Shown one piece after another: positions 1-8,595 of a DNA stretch of 44,418 nt (position 1 is the first letter of the stretch; every line of letters starts with the position of its first letter). Origin of the DNA: a phage; sequence record PX502252.1; one strand, given 5' to 3'. The notes under the pieces were generated by a model. That model was not told the origin of the DNA, did not search any database, and was given only the letters and a program-made list of their open reading frames with translations. A program made the translations under genes and the position numbers.

Positions 1-88
1 TATCTGACTATTGCTTCGCATAATATTGATAGGCCATTCCTTCGGGAGTGGCCTTTTCTTTTACCTACTACCTGTAACATTTCATTAA
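1..88. repeat. Exact duplicate of window end (1-88 = 44331-44418); circular-permutation or assembly overlap carrying the last 23 nt of the RNAP gene and its terminator
   Basis: Direct comparison of first and last 88 bases of the window: identical. Confidence 0.9.
31..62 (+). terminator. Hairpin terminator downstream of RNA polymerase gene (copy of 44358-44389)
   Basis: AGGCCATTCC-TTCG-GGAGTGGCCT stem (9 bp, one G-U) with tetraloop, followed by TTTTCTTTT. Confidence 0.6.
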
Positions 89-97
89 CATAAACGT

Positions 98-113
98 GTC
101 TCACATGTGAGAC
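98..113. promoter_or_regulatory. 16-bp perfect palindrome GTCTCACATGTGAGAC (site 1 of 7), immediately upstream of a phage promoter
   Basis: Sequence is its own reverse complement; recurs at 281, 2649, 3757, 8492, 24999, 38880 (variants). Confidence 0.7.
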
Positions 114-115
114 TT

Positions 116-138
116 ATTTACCGGACACTATAGGAGAG
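116..138 (+). promoter_or_regulatory. SP6-type phage RNAP promoter (ATTTACCGGACACTATAGGAGAG)
   Basis: Match to SP6-family promoter core GACACTATAG with conserved upstream ATTTAC; position analogous to T7 phi1.1A. Confidence 0.7.
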
Positions 139-280
139 CCGTCGGAGACGGGAAAGAAAGGGAATATAAAGGATATAAAGGAAGTAATAGGTATTAAAGG
201 TTATATAGGATTACCTAGGAATACCTATTACCTTCTTCCTTCCTCTTATTACTAATTAGAGGAAAGGGCAGACTTAGGTT
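139..280. other. AT-rich promoter-flanked element, candidate primary origin of replication
   Basis: Lies between two phage promoters just after the RNAP gene and before a gene-1.1-like ORF (T7 primary-origin architecture); 5' hairpin CCGTCggaGACGG; inverted repeat GTAATAGGTATT / AATACCTATTAC around CCTAGG; shares TATAGGATTACCTAGG with 32218-32345. Confidence 0.45.
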
Positions 281-296
281 GTCTCACATGTGAGAC
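281..296. promoter_or_regulatory. 16-bp perfect palindrome GTCTCACATGTGAGAC (site 2)
   Basis: Exact copy of the palindrome, 5 bp upstream of promoter at 302. Confidence 0.7.
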
Positions 297-301
297 TTCG
301 T

Positions 302-324
302 ATTTACCGGACAGTATAGATAAG
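302..324 (+). promoter_or_regulatory. SP6-type phage promoter, divergent variant (ATTTACCGGACAGTATAGATAAG)
   Basis: Upstream half matches consensus; core CAGTATAGATA differs at 2 positions from CACTATAGAAG. Confidence 0.5.
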
Positions 325-349
325 ACTAACTCACTTTGGAGATTTAACT

Positions 350-478
350 ATGCGTAACTTTGAGAAGATGACCCGTAAAGCTAATCGTTTTGACATGGAA
401 GAAGGGCAGAAGAAAGGCAAGAAGCTGAACAAACCTGTCCGCGACCGTGCATCTAAACGCGCTGCGTGGGAGTTCTAA
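350..478 (+). CDS. Small basic protein (42 aa), resembles T7 gene 1.1 product
   Basis: ATG with GGAG upstream; MRNFEKMTRKANRFDMEEGQKKGKKLNKPVRDRASKRAAWEF; N-terminus and size match my recollection of T7 gp1.1; below ORF-track size cutoff. Confidence 0.6.
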   Translation: MRNFEKMTRKANRFDMEEGQKKGKKLNKPVRDRASKRAAWEF

Positions 479-481
479 GTT

Positions 482-2470
482 ATGGCTATTATTCAGAATG
501 TACCGTGTCCTGCCTGTCAAAAGAATGGACATGATGTTACCGGCAACCATCTCATGATCTTTGATGATGGTGCTGGCTATTGCAACCGTGGTCACTTCCA
601 CGATAACGGAAAGCCATACTACCATAAGCCCGAAGGTGGTATCGAGATAACCGAGTTGCCTATTACTGGCAATATCAAATATACACCTTCTCAGTTCAAA
701 GAGATGGAGAGGGAAGGGAAGATAAGCGACCCTAAGCTACGCGCCATCGCACTAGGTGGTATGCGTATGAAAGACCGTTGGGAGGTTATGAATGAGCAAG
801 AAAGGGCAGACCAAGAAGCAGAGTGGAAACTCGATGTTGAATGGTTCCTCACGCTTAAGCGTAAGAACCTTGTATCCCGACACATTCGCGGTGACATCGC
901 AGCACTATATGATGTGCGAGTGGGCCATGATGAAGATGGAAGAGTCAATCGTCACTATTATCCACGATTCGAGAAGGGTGAGCTAGTAGGCGCTAAGTGC
1001 CGTACATTACCTAAAGATTTTAAGTTTGGTCACTTAGGTAAACTCTTTGGTATGCAAGACCTTTTCGGGATGAATACTTTGTCTCACGTGTTAGACAAGG
1101 GAAGACGAAAGGATTGCTTACTTATCGTAGGCGGTGAACTTGATGCACTAGCAGCACAGCAGATGCTTCTTGATTCTGCCAAGGGTACTAAGTGGGAAGG
1201 CCAGCCTTATCATGTATGGTCTGTCAATAAGGGTGAGTCTTGCCTCGAAGAGATAGTGCAAAACCGTGAGCACATCGCCCAATTCAAGAAGATTATCTGG
1301 GGCTTCGATGGTGATGAGGTAGGGCAGAAGCAGAACCAGCAAGCGGCTCGCCTGTTCCCCGGCAAATCCTATATCCTTGAATACCCTTCTGGTTGCAAAG
1401 ATGCCAACAAGGCATTGATGGCTGGCAAGGCTAAAGAATTTGTGGATGCTTGGTTTAATGCAAAGTCATCTGATGAAGTCTTTGGTAGCCAGATTAAATC
1501 TATCGCATCTCAAAGAGATAAGCTCAAGGCTGCACGTCCAGAACAAGGGCTGTCATGGCCTTGGCCTAAGCTAAACAAGGTAACGCTGGGTATCCGTAAG
1601 AACCAGCTTATCATTATAGGTGCAGGCTCTGGTGTTGGTAAGACAGAGTTTCTCCGTGAAGTAGTTAAGCACCTCATTGAAGAACACGGTGAATCTGTAG
1701 GCATCATTTCTACAGAAGACCCGATGGTCAAGGTGTCCCGTGCTTTTATCGGCAAATGGATTGATAAGCGTATTGAGTTACCGCCGACCAACGACCCGAA
1801 AGAAGATGGATACCGTGAGGTATTCGACTATACAGAGGAAGAGGCTAATGCTGCCATTGATTATGTAGCTGATACAGGGAAGCTATTTGTGGCTGACCTA
1901 GAGGGTGATTATTCAATGGAGAAGGTAGAGCAAACTTGCCTAGAGTTTGAGGCTATGGGTATTTCTAATATCATCATTGATAACTTAACGGGGATTAAAT
2001 TAGATGAGCGTGCTTTTGGTGGGAAGGTTGGTGCACTTGATGAATGCGTCAAGCGGATTGGTACTATCAAAGACCGACACCCAGTTACTATATTCCTTGT
2101 ATCACACCTTACACGTCCTCCGGCAAACCGTACCCAACACGAAGAAGGTGGCGAGGTTATCCTTTCTGACTTCCGAGGCTCAGGAGCTATCGGATTCTGG
2201 GCATCTTACGCCTTGGGGATTGAGCGTAACACAAGAGCTGAAACGCTTGATGAAAGGACTACCACGTACATCTCATGTGTCAAAGATCGTGACCAAGGTA
2301 TCTACACAGGAACCAAAGTCATGCTTAAGGGTGACATTCAAACCGGACGTTTGAGAGAACCACAGGCTAGAACAAGGTCATTTGATACAGGTGAAGCAAG
2401 GCAACAAGAAGTACCGGATTTACCGGACACTATAGAAGAGACAACCTTTGATGATGAACAGGAGTTTTGA
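482..2470 (+). CDS. DNA primase/helicase (T7 gp4-like)
   Basis: N-terminal Cys4 zinc ribbon (CPACQ...CNRGH), helicase Walker A GAGSGVGKTEF, acidic C-terminus ending DDEQEF; 662 aa. Confidence 0.95.
   Translation: MAIIQNVPCPACQKNGHDVTGNHLMIFDDGAGYCNRGHFHDNGKPYYHKPEGGIEITELPITGNIKYTPSQFKEMEREGKISDPKLRAIALGGMRMKDRWEVMNEQERADQEAEWKLDVEWFLTLKRKNLVSRHIRGDIAALYDVRVGHDEDGRVNRHYYPRFEKGELVGAKCRTLPKDFKFGHLGKLFGMQDLFGMNTLSHVLDKGRRKDCLLIVGGELDALAAQQMLLDSAKGTKWEGQPYHVWSVNKGESCLEEIVQNREHIAQFKKIIWGFDGDEVGQKQNQQAARLFPGKSYILEYPSGCKDANKALMAGKAKEFVDAWFNAKSSDEVFGSQIKSIASQRDKLKAARPEQGLSWPWPKLNKVTLGIRKNQLIIIGAGSGVGKTEFLREVVKHLIEEHGESVGIISTEDPMVKVSRAFIGKWIDKRIELPPTNDPKEDGYREVFDYTEEEANAAIDYVADTGKLFVADLEGDYSMEKVEQTCLEFEAMGISNIIIDNLTGIKLDERAFGGKVGALDECVKRIGTIKDRHPVTIFLVSHLTRPPANRTQHEEGGEVILSDFRGSGAIGFWASYALGIERNTRAETLDERTTTYISCVKDRDQGIYTGTKVMLKGDIQTGRLREPQARTRSFDTGEARQQEVPDLPDTIEETTFDDEQEF
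2418..2440 (+). promoter_or_regulatory. SP6-type phage promoter embedded in 3' end of primase/helicase gene (ATTTACCGGACACTATAGAAGAG)
   Basis: Full consensus match; in-frame encodes LPDTIEE. Confidence 0.65.
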
Positions 2471-2631
2471 TGGAAATTATTAAACCAGTATTGAGTATCG
2501 GTATTGACATCCTATTCATGCTTATGATTGCGGACTATGCTGCACGATACGGATTCAAGAAAGCTGTGAAACTTATAGTTGCATCTGGTTTTATTATGTC
2601 AATGTTCTTTATTGTAACACGCCTTATCTAG
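2470..2631 (+). CDS. Small hydrophobic membrane protein (53 aa)
   Basis: ATG overlaps helicase TGA stop (ATGA coupling); MEIIKPVLSIGIDILFMLMIADYAARYGFKKAVKLIVASGFIMSMFFIVTRLI; two hydrophobic segments; below ORF-track cutoff. Confidence 0.45.
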   Translation: MEIIKPVLSIGIDILFMLMIADYAARYGFKKAVKLIVASGFIMSMFFIVTRLI

Positions 2632-2648
2632 TGTATTTATCAGGGCTT

Positions 2649-2664
2649 GTCTCACATGTGAGAC
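2649..2664. promoter_or_regulatory. 16-bp perfect palindrome GTCTCACATGTGAGAC (site 3)
   Basis: Exact copy; intergenic. Confidence 0.7.
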
Positions 2665-2703
2665 AGGCTCTTATTAAGTACATTAAATAACTGGAGGTTG
2701 ACT

Positions 2704-3318
2704 ATGTATAAATTAGTATTGAATGTAGGTGACTCTGTACGCAATATCAAGAAAGGCTCAAGTCGCTACCTTTGCCGTGGTATCGTAACCTTTGTAGGTG
2801 AGAATTTGTACTATGTAGAATATAGTAATGGTGCTAAACAGTATTACCATAAGAAGACAGCACATAACTTTCTTGAGAAGATTGTCGAATCACTCAATGA
2901 CAAAGTATGTAATGCATATATCAGTATTGCTAATAGCGTTACTGGTGGTACACGTACCACACTTAAGAAAGAGCGCCGCAATGTAATCACTGGTAAGACT
3001 CAAAGTGAAATGGTTAAGCAGTGCGGCACTGCATTAGGTGTTACACAGTTTAATACTCGTGCATTGGGTAAATCCACAGGGCAAGCTATGGTAAAGATTG
3101 GCGAAGCCATGATGCATCCAAATGTGCCTGTACGAATCATGGATGTTGACCATGCAATCACAGAACACGGTACGCAACGACGTGTAATTAATAAGCATTT
3201 TGCCGACACTATAGAAGGTATTATTCGTAAGCAAGGGTTGAAGGGTCTTCACATCTTAAATGGTGAAGAATTACTGTACCTGCCTATCGTTACTGAAGAA
3301 ACATACGTGAATATCTAA
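2704..3318 (+). CDS. Hypothetical protein (204 aa)
   Basis: ATG 6 nt after CTGGAGG; ORF-track frame 2698-3318; no motif recognised. Confidence 0.7.
   Translation: MYKLVLNVGDSVRNIKKGSSRYLCRGIVTFVGENLYYVEYSNGAKQYYHKKTAHNFLEKIVESLNDKVCNAYISIANSVTGGTRTTLKKERRNVITGKTQSEMVKQCGTALGVTQFNTRALGKSTGQAMVKIGEAMMHPNVPVRIMDVDHAITEHGTQRRVINKHFADTIEGIIRKQGLKGLHILNGEELLYLPIVTEETYVNI
3197..3219 (+). promoter_or_regulatory. Possible intragenic phage promoter (CATTTTGCCGACACTATAGAAGG)
   Basis: Core GACACTATAGAAGG exact, upstream region partially matching; in-frame encodes ADTIEG. Confidence 0.4.
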
Positions 3319-3328
3319 GGAGTTAATC

Positions 3329-3547
3329 ATGACTAAGGTATTAATTTATATGCGTGGACCTCATAAATGCTATGCAGTTGTAGCACCAAATGGTGTTAAG
3401 CCCTATAGTACTTCAAAAGGATTGGCATTAATAGGCGCTAGTAGTAGTGCAAGTTTCCAAATGGAACTTTTGGGTCGTTGGACTGAATGGCAATTCCGTG
3501 AGCGTTTTAAAGTCATTGGCAGCTTCATGGTGAAACATGCAGAATAA
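3329..3547 (+). CDS. Hypothetical protein (72 aa)
   Basis: ORF with AAGGAG 7 nt upstream of ATG. Confidence 0.55.
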   Translation: MTKVLIYMRGPHKCYAVVAPNGVKPYSTSKGLALIGASSSASFQMELLGRWTEWQFRERFKVIGSFMVKHAE

Positions 3548-3746
3548 ACATAGTCTTAAAATGCTCGATGGTCATGAAGACCTGCAAGCCAAGATTACTA
3601 ACCAAGCCTTCCTGTTCGCACAGTTAACTATGGCTGAGGCCAAGAAGAATAGTCTCACTCGTGAACAGGTTATCAAGGAGGCCACTTGGGAACCACACCA
3701 AGGTAAATACATGGGCCAGAAATTAACTGTAACACGCAGTCGATAA
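3537..3746 (+). CDS. Hypothetical protein (69 aa)
   Basis: ORF overlapping previous stop by 11 nt; weak SD. Confidence 0.45.
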   Translation: MQNKHSLKMLDGHEDLQAKITNQAFLFAQLTMAEAKKNSLTREQVIKEATWEPHQGKYMGQKLTVTRSR

Positions 3747-3755
3747 GTCAAGGGT

Positions 3756-3780
3756 TGTCTCACGCGTGAGACAGCCTTTT
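3756..3780 (+). terminator. Palindrome variant TGTCTCACGCGTGAGACA followed by GCCTTTT (site 4); hairpin plus T-run
   Basis: 18-bp perfect palindrome with centre CGCG instead of ATGT, then T-tract. Confidence 0.5.
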
Positions 3781-3897
3781 ATCATATTGATTGGAGGTGC
3801 ATTATGCCACGTGATTATGATTCTGATTGGGACTACTATGACTCAATGAATCCAAAACCCGAACGTTCAAATGATTACTACGAAACAGAGGCAATGT

Positions 3898-6408
3898 ATG
3901 AAAACTATTGATTGGAAGAAGGAAGCAGAAGGGCGAATCCTAGTGATGGATGCGGAAGCTAAAGGTCTGCTTGATGCTATCCGCTATGGTCATCGTGAAG
4001 ATGTACACATCATTTGCTGCATGGACTTGCTCACCACTGAGGAGTTCCTCTTCTTCGACCCATATGAGATGCGTGACCCTGAAGCAAGGGAACACCTGAA
4101 AGAGTGGGAAGGACATCAAGATGGAACCTTAGTTGACGGTGTTAACTTCCTGAAGCACTGTGAAGCTATTGTGTCGCAGAACTTCCTAGGATATGACGGT
4201 CTTCTCTTTGAGAAAGCATTCCCTGATATCTGGAAAGGCTTTAATTATACCGAGAAGCGCGGCAAGGGCAGACTCCGTGCCGACCTGTGCCCTATCCGTG
4301 TTGTCGACACGCTGGTGATGAGTCGCCTGTTAAACCCCGATAGACGCCTTCCTCCGCAAGCATATGCCAAAGGTATGGGTAACGTCGCCCCTCACTCAAT
4401 TGAGGCGCACGGCATCCGTATAGGTCGCTATAAACCGGAGAACGAGGACTGGTCTAAACTAACTGACCACATGGTTCACCGTGTACGTGAGGACGTGGCG
4501 ATTGGTCGTGACTTGTTCCTCTGGCTCTTTAACGGGGAATGGATGGAGCACAAACGCCGTGGCGTGAACAAACGTACTGGCCTAGGGATTGAGACAGCCT
4601 TCCACATGGAGTCCATTGTGGCGCTGGAGATGAGCCGTCAGGCAGAGCGTGGATTCCGTCTGGATATTGACAAAGCACTAGCGCGATGCGAAGAACTGGA
4701 CGCTAAGATTGATGAGACAGTCGCAGCGTTCCGTCCGCACATGCCTATGCGTATCAAGTCTAAACCTTTTAAACCGGAAGAAAAGAATGAAGTATGCCAA
4801 CGCGCAAATGAGTATGGAGCTAGCAACAATATACCTACTGTCCTGGACCCCTCACACTTTCTTCATGCCGAGAGACGAGGAGATCGCAAGACAGTATGGA
4901 GTGTCACTACTAAGTCTGGTGATTGGTCGGCTAGTGTCAAGAAAGACTTTCCTCACCTTAGAGGAAACCGTAATGACACGCCAAGCATCAAGTGGATTGG
5001 CGCTTACTCGCCTGTTACTTTCGAAGAGATTCCCTTGGGTAACAGGGATGCAGTTAAGCAAGTGCTCTATGATTATGGATGGAAAGGTGTTGAATTTAAC
5101 GATACCGAGCAAGCGCATCTCGATGAGCACGGAGTGTTACCCAAACCTTGGAGTGGTAAGATAAATGAAAAGTCCCTTACTTTATGGCAAGAAAGAGCCG
5201 CACGTGAAGGTAAAACAGTCCCTGATTGGTGCTTGGGTATCGCTGCATGGTACATACTCGTATCCCGTCGTGGTCAGATACTCAACCGGGGTGACGTTGA
5301 AGCCTTCAACGAGAAGGGAACGTGGCCCTCGCAGGCTGGTGTACGAAAGTGTCGCGGCCTTGTACCTGTAGCATTCAACAAGGAGTTAGGAATCAATGCG
5401 CAGCAATACTACGAGAGGTACGGATGCTGGCCTACGTCAGACAAGGATGACGGAGAGTGGCGTGTGCCAGGCAATGCTGTTACTATTGGCACTAATACGT
5501 TCCGTATGCGTCATCGTAACATTGTTAACATTCCTTCCCGTGGGTTGTATCCTTTACGTGATTTATTCATAGCTAGCAAGGGCAAAATGATACTTGGGTG
5601 TGATGGAGCAGGTCTTGAGCTACGCATCTTAGCCCATTTTATGGGTGATCCTGAGTATATTGATATAGTCTTGAATGGTGATATTCACTCGCACAACCAA
5701 GCAAAGGCTGGATTGCCCTTACGTGACACTGCGAAAACATTTATCTACGCTTTTCTCTACGGATCTGGCATACCAAATCTTGCCGCTGTATGTGGCATGA
5801 CTGAAGCACAGATGAAAGAATGTGTTGCTCGCTTTGAAGTAGAGTTACCTCATTTAGCTAAACTTAAGGAAGGGGTGGAATCCGCTGCTTCAACATTTGG
5901 ATATATGCACGCTGTAGATGGACGCTGGGGACGTGTACGCGTTAGTAATGGTGAGATTAAGATTCACACTTGTCTTAACGTACTGCTACAGATGACTGGC
6001 TCCCTCACTATGAAGTACTCAAAAGTGAAGGCTCTCGCTACTATGCGAAAAGAAGGTGTTGCCCTTGATGAGAATGGAAACCCTGCTATGCTTGTAGATT
6101 ATCATGATGAATGGCAGATGGAAGTACCTGAAGATGAAGTCTTAGAGATTCGCTACTCTATTCCTTCTTCCGAATGGAAAGAGGAAGAGAAACGTCAATA
6201 TCGTGATAGCGAAGGGCGCATGTGGTCTGCACCCAAGATTGTGGAAGGCAATCCTAAAGATGACGAAGAGGTAACAGTACGTCGCAGGTATCATCGTGCT
6301 GGTGAAATCTTAGCTGAATCTATTACGTGGGCTGGAGAATATCTCAAGCTACGTATCCGAATGGATGGCGAATATATGCTTGGATATTCATGGGCTGAAA
6401 CACACTGA
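3898..6408 (+). CDS. DNA polymerase, family A (T7 gp5-like)
   Basis: Exo I motif ILVMDAEAKGL; motif A GCDGAGLELRILAHF; motif B RDTAKTFIYAFLYGSG; motif C YHDEWQ. Start placed at ATG 3898 (AGAGG 7 nt upstream); in-frame ATG 3871 lacks SD. Confidence 0.93.
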   Translation: MKTIDWKKEAEGRILVMDAEAKGLLDAIRYGHREDVHIICCMDLLTTEEFLFFDPYEMRDPEAREHLKEWEGHQDGTLVDGVNFLKHCEAIVSQNFLGYDGLLFEKAFPDIWKGFNYTEKRGKGRLRADLCPIRVVDTLVMSRLLNPDRRLPPQAYAKGMGNVAPHSIEAHGIRIGRYKPENEDWSKLTDHMVHRVREDVAIGRDLFLWLFNGEWMEHKRRGVNKRTGLGIETAFHMESIVALEMSRQAERGFRLDIDKALARCEELDAKIDETVAAFRPHMPMRIKSKPFKPEEKNEVCQRANEYGASNNIPTVLDPSHFLHAERRGDRKTVWSVTTKSGDWSASVKKDFPHLRGNRNDTPSIKWIGAYSPVTFEEIPLGNRDAVKQVLYDYGWKGVEFNDTEQAHLDEHGVLPKPWSGKINEKSLTLWQERAAREGKTVPDWCLGIAAWYILVSRRGQILNRGDVEAFNEKGTWPSQAGVRKCRGLVPVAFNKELGINAQQYYERYGCWPTSDKDDGEWRVPGNAVTIGTNTFRMRHRNIVNIPSRGLYPLRDLFIASKGKMILGCDGAGLELRILAHFMGDPEYIDIVLNGDIHSHNQAKAGLPLRDTAKTFIYAFLYGSGIPNLAAVCGMTEAQMKECVARFEVELPHLAKLKEGVESAASTFGYMHAVDGRWGRVRVSNGEIKIHTCLNVLLQMTGSLTMKYSKVKALATMRKEGVALDENGNPAMLVDYHDEWQMEVPEDEVLEIRYSIPSSEWKEEEKRQYRDSEGRMWSAPKIVEGNPKDDEEVTVRRRYHRAGEILAESITWAGEYLKLRIRMDGEYMLGYSWAETH

Positions 6409-6417
6409 GTTATACTA

Positions 6418-6445
6418 AAGGTCACTTACGAGTGGCCTTTATGAA
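6418..6445 (+). terminator. Hairpin downstream of DNA polymerase (AAGGTCACT-TACG-AGTGGCCTT) with weak T-tract
   Basis: 9-bp stem with tetraloop; 3' arm AGTGGCCT resembles RNAP-downstream terminator. Confidence 0.35.
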
Positions 6446-6476
6446 TAACTTACTCCCACCTATTTTGTATAACAGG

Positions 6477-6499
6477 ATTTACTGGACACTATAGAAGGA
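6477..6499 (+). promoter_or_regulatory. SP6-type phage promoter (ATTTACTGGACACTATAGAAGGA)
   Basis: Consensus match, intergenic. Confidence 0.75.
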
Positions 6500-6562
6500 A
6501 AGCCTAGGTAATCTAGTTTATAAGGTAGTATAGGTAATTAAGTAAATATAGGAGGTATAAAT

Positions 6563-6940
6563 ATGTCTATGGTAACTACTCTGGTATTCGTAGCTCAATA
6601 CTTTCGTGGCTTGGCTAACAAGTTCAAGCAGAAAGCCATCAAGCATATTGAGAAACGTATTGCTGCAATTGAAGATGAGCAGGTTCAAGTAGAGGAGCAG
6701 CGTAGCTCTCAGATGGTTGACTTGCACAATCGACTGTATAAAGACCGTGATGAAATGCGTCACCGTCATGCGAAGGAAGTCGAAGACATGCTTAACCGCC
6801 ATGCGGAAGAACAAGCTAAACTGGAAACAACCTTCCATGAGAATAAGCGTAGCATTGCTCTAGTACATCAAGCTGCATCTGACAGTCTGAAGAAAGAGAT
6901 TGTTATGCTGGAAATTGAACTGGACAACCTAACTAAGTAA
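6563..6940 (+). CDS. Hypothetical protein (125 aa), charged helical/coiled-coil-like
   Basis: ATG with GGAGG upstream; K/E/R-rich. Confidence 0.65.
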   Translation: MSMVTTLVFVAQYFRGLANKFKQKAIKHIEKRIAAIEDEQVQVEEQRSSQMVDLHNRLYKDRDEMRHRHAKEVEDMLNRHAEEQAKLETTFHENKRSIALVHQAASDSLKKEIVMLEIELDNLTK

Positions 6941-6946
6941 GGAGCT

Positions 6947-7246
6947 ATGATGGAAGAAGTAATTCAAGCTAAACATGTAGGTATCATCTTTCGTGATTTA
7001 GAGCAGCGTAAAGTTGCAGGTCACACTCGTCTGGCTAAAGAAGAAGACACAGCAATCACTACTGTTGAACAAGCAGATGCCTATCGTGGGCCAGAGTTTA
7101 CTCAAGGTGAAACTTGTCACCAATTGAGCCTGTCGCTTTGTGATACTATTGCTAGTGTGAATGTTCAAGAAGTTGAAGACGGTGAGATTGTTAGTTACGT
7201 CTACCCTCTAGACACTATTGCACGCATTAAAGTAATTCATAAATAA
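6947..7246 (+). CDS. Hypothetical protein (99 aa)
   Basis: TAAGGAG upstream; start 6947 or 6950. Confidence 0.6.
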   Translation: MMEEVIQAKHVGIIFRDLEQRKVAGHTRLAKEEDTAITTVEQADAYRGPEFTQGETCHQLSLSLCDTIASVNVQEVEDGEIVSYVYPLDTIARIKVIHK

Positions 7247-7267
7247 TTACTGGACACTATAGAACAA
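7245..7267 (+). promoter_or_regulatory. SP6-type phage promoter variant (AATTACTGGACACTATAGAACAA) overlapping stop codon of upstream gene
   Basis: Core ACTGGACACTATAGAA conserved; downstream AAGAG replaced by ACAA. Confidence 0.6.
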
Positions 7268-7455
7268 TAGGACGTGGGTTTGTCAGAGACAGTAAATCCA
7301 AGGTGCTCAGTGAGCGTAAAGCCTAAGCACGTCCTATGATTGTAAAGTGTTGAACCTTATTGTGCATCTTGCACAACCCGATATAGTATCGGGCTTTCTA
7401 GTGAGTACATGCTTGTGCTCAGTACAAAGCTAACTGACAATAGGAGACTAAATAA

Positions 7456-8262
7456 ATGGCACGTTCTGAATTTAACTATGGTGCTGATGTAACTAAGACA
7501 GAGGGTAAGGTATTTAAGAACCCTGAAGTAGGTGATCATGAAGCAGTAATCTCTGGCATCATTCATGTTGGTTCCTTCCAAGACATTTTTAAGAAAGGCA
7601 ATACCACTGAAGTCAAGAAGCCAGCAAACTTTGTTCTTGTTAAGATTGTCCTGATGGGCGACGATGATAAGAACGAAGATGACTCTCGCATGGAACAATG
7701 GATGGCTGTGCCTCTGAAGTCTGGTGATAAGGCAACACTAACTAAGTTCCTGAATGCAGTTGACCCTAAAGAGTTGCTGGGTGGCTTCGATGATTTTATC
7801 GGTGAATGTCTGACTGCAACTATGGTTGGCTCTGGCGACAAGAATGATGATGGTACTTTCAAGTATGTTAACTGGAAAGGCTTTGGTGGTATGCCGGATA
7901 AGCTGAAGAAACTTGTCATTGCTCAGGTTGAAGAAGAGGGTCTGTCTATGACAGGTCATATTACCTTCGACAAGCTGACCAAAGAAATCCTTGATGATAT
8001 TCCTGCTAACTTGGTGCGTCAATACTTCCTGAACGAGACGCCTCGTGGCAAGAACCTGTCTGTTGCTGGCTCTCACGTAGAAGCAATCATCAAAGCTGCT
8101 CGTGAAGAAGACCCAGAGTGGAAGAAAGCTAAGAAGAAAGATGAAGAGGATGCCACTCCAGCTAATCGTAGATCTCTGGATACAGACGAGTCTGTTCCAC
8201 AGGAAGTACCTGAAGCGGAGGACAACCCTGCACCTGAAATGGATGAAGACGCGGAATACTAA
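7456..8262 (+). CDS. Hypothetical protein (268 aa) with acidic C-terminal tail ending in Tyr; candidate ssDNA-binding protein
   Basis: TAGGAGA upstream; C-terminus ...EAEDNPAPEMDEDAEY; function inferred only from tail and position among replication genes. Confidence 0.7.
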   Translation: MARSEFNYGADVTKTEGKVFKNPEVGDHEAVISGIIHVGSFQDIFKKGNTTEVKKPANFVLVKIVLMGDDDKNEDDSRMEQWMAVPLKSGDKATLTKFLNAVDPKELLGGFDDFIGECLTATMVGSGDKNDDGTFKYVNWKGFGGMPDKLKKLVIAQVEEEGLSMTGHITFDKLTKEILDDIPANLVRQYFLNETPRGKNLSVAGSHVEAIIKAAREEDPEWKKAKKKDEEDATPANRRSLDTDESVPQEVPEAEDNPAPEMDEDAEY

Positions 8263-8271
8263 GGAGGGCGG

Positions 8272-8490
8272 ATGAAAGTACAAATTGTAACTCTGCATTG
8301 CAAGAAAGGCATCACCACGCTTGGCGGTGGCACTTTCCACTCCTTCTCCGAAGGAGATACATACTCTGACCTGCACTACATCTGGCGCGATGGGCAGCAC
8401 GTGGTGAACTATAGTGACCCGGCTACGGGGAAACGCCACGGCGTATCGCTTCCGGCGCATGACATTGCTCAGGTGAACACAGTTTTATAA
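8272..8490 (+). CDS. Hypothetical protein (72 aa)
   Basis: Strong SD AAGGAGGG 4 nt upstream of ATG. Confidence 0.6.
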   Translation: MKVQIVTLHCKKGITTLGGGTFHSFSEGDTYSDLHYIWRDGQHVVNYSDPATGKRHGVSLPAHDIAQVNTVL

Positions 8491-8491
8491 A

Positions 8492-8507
8492 GTCTCACGT
8501 GTGAGAC
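8492..8507. promoter_or_regulatory. Palindrome variant GTCTCACGTGTGAGAC (site 5), 15 bp upstream of phage promoter
   Basis: Same arms GTCTCAC/GTGAGAC with centre GT. Confidence 0.65.
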
Positions 8508-8522
8508 AAATCGGTGTCCGGT

Positions 8523-8545
8523 ATTTACTGGACACTATAGAAGAG
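8523..8545 (+). promoter_or_regulatory. SP6-type phage promoter (ATTTACTGGACACTATAGAAGAG)
   Basis: Full consensus match. Confidence 0.8.
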
Positions 8546-8595
8546 AAGAATTTTAATCGGCGATAATGCCATAACCAACAAAAGGAGAATTTAAT

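Noticed and set aside
3804-3911. 35-aa ORF with GGAGG SD overlapping the DNA polymerase start
   Set aside because: Could be real (good SD) but overlaps the polymerase initiation region and is too short to assess; left out of features as unsupported
7738-8460. 240-aa ORF on the minus strand
   Set aside because: Lies entirely antisense to the SD-led 268-aa and 72-aa + strand genes; no RBS; Cys/Phe-rich composition typical of antisense translation. All minus-strand ORFs in the track (for example 344-625, 17312-18034, 31276-31725, 35054-35542, 40966-41499) were rejected on the same grounds.
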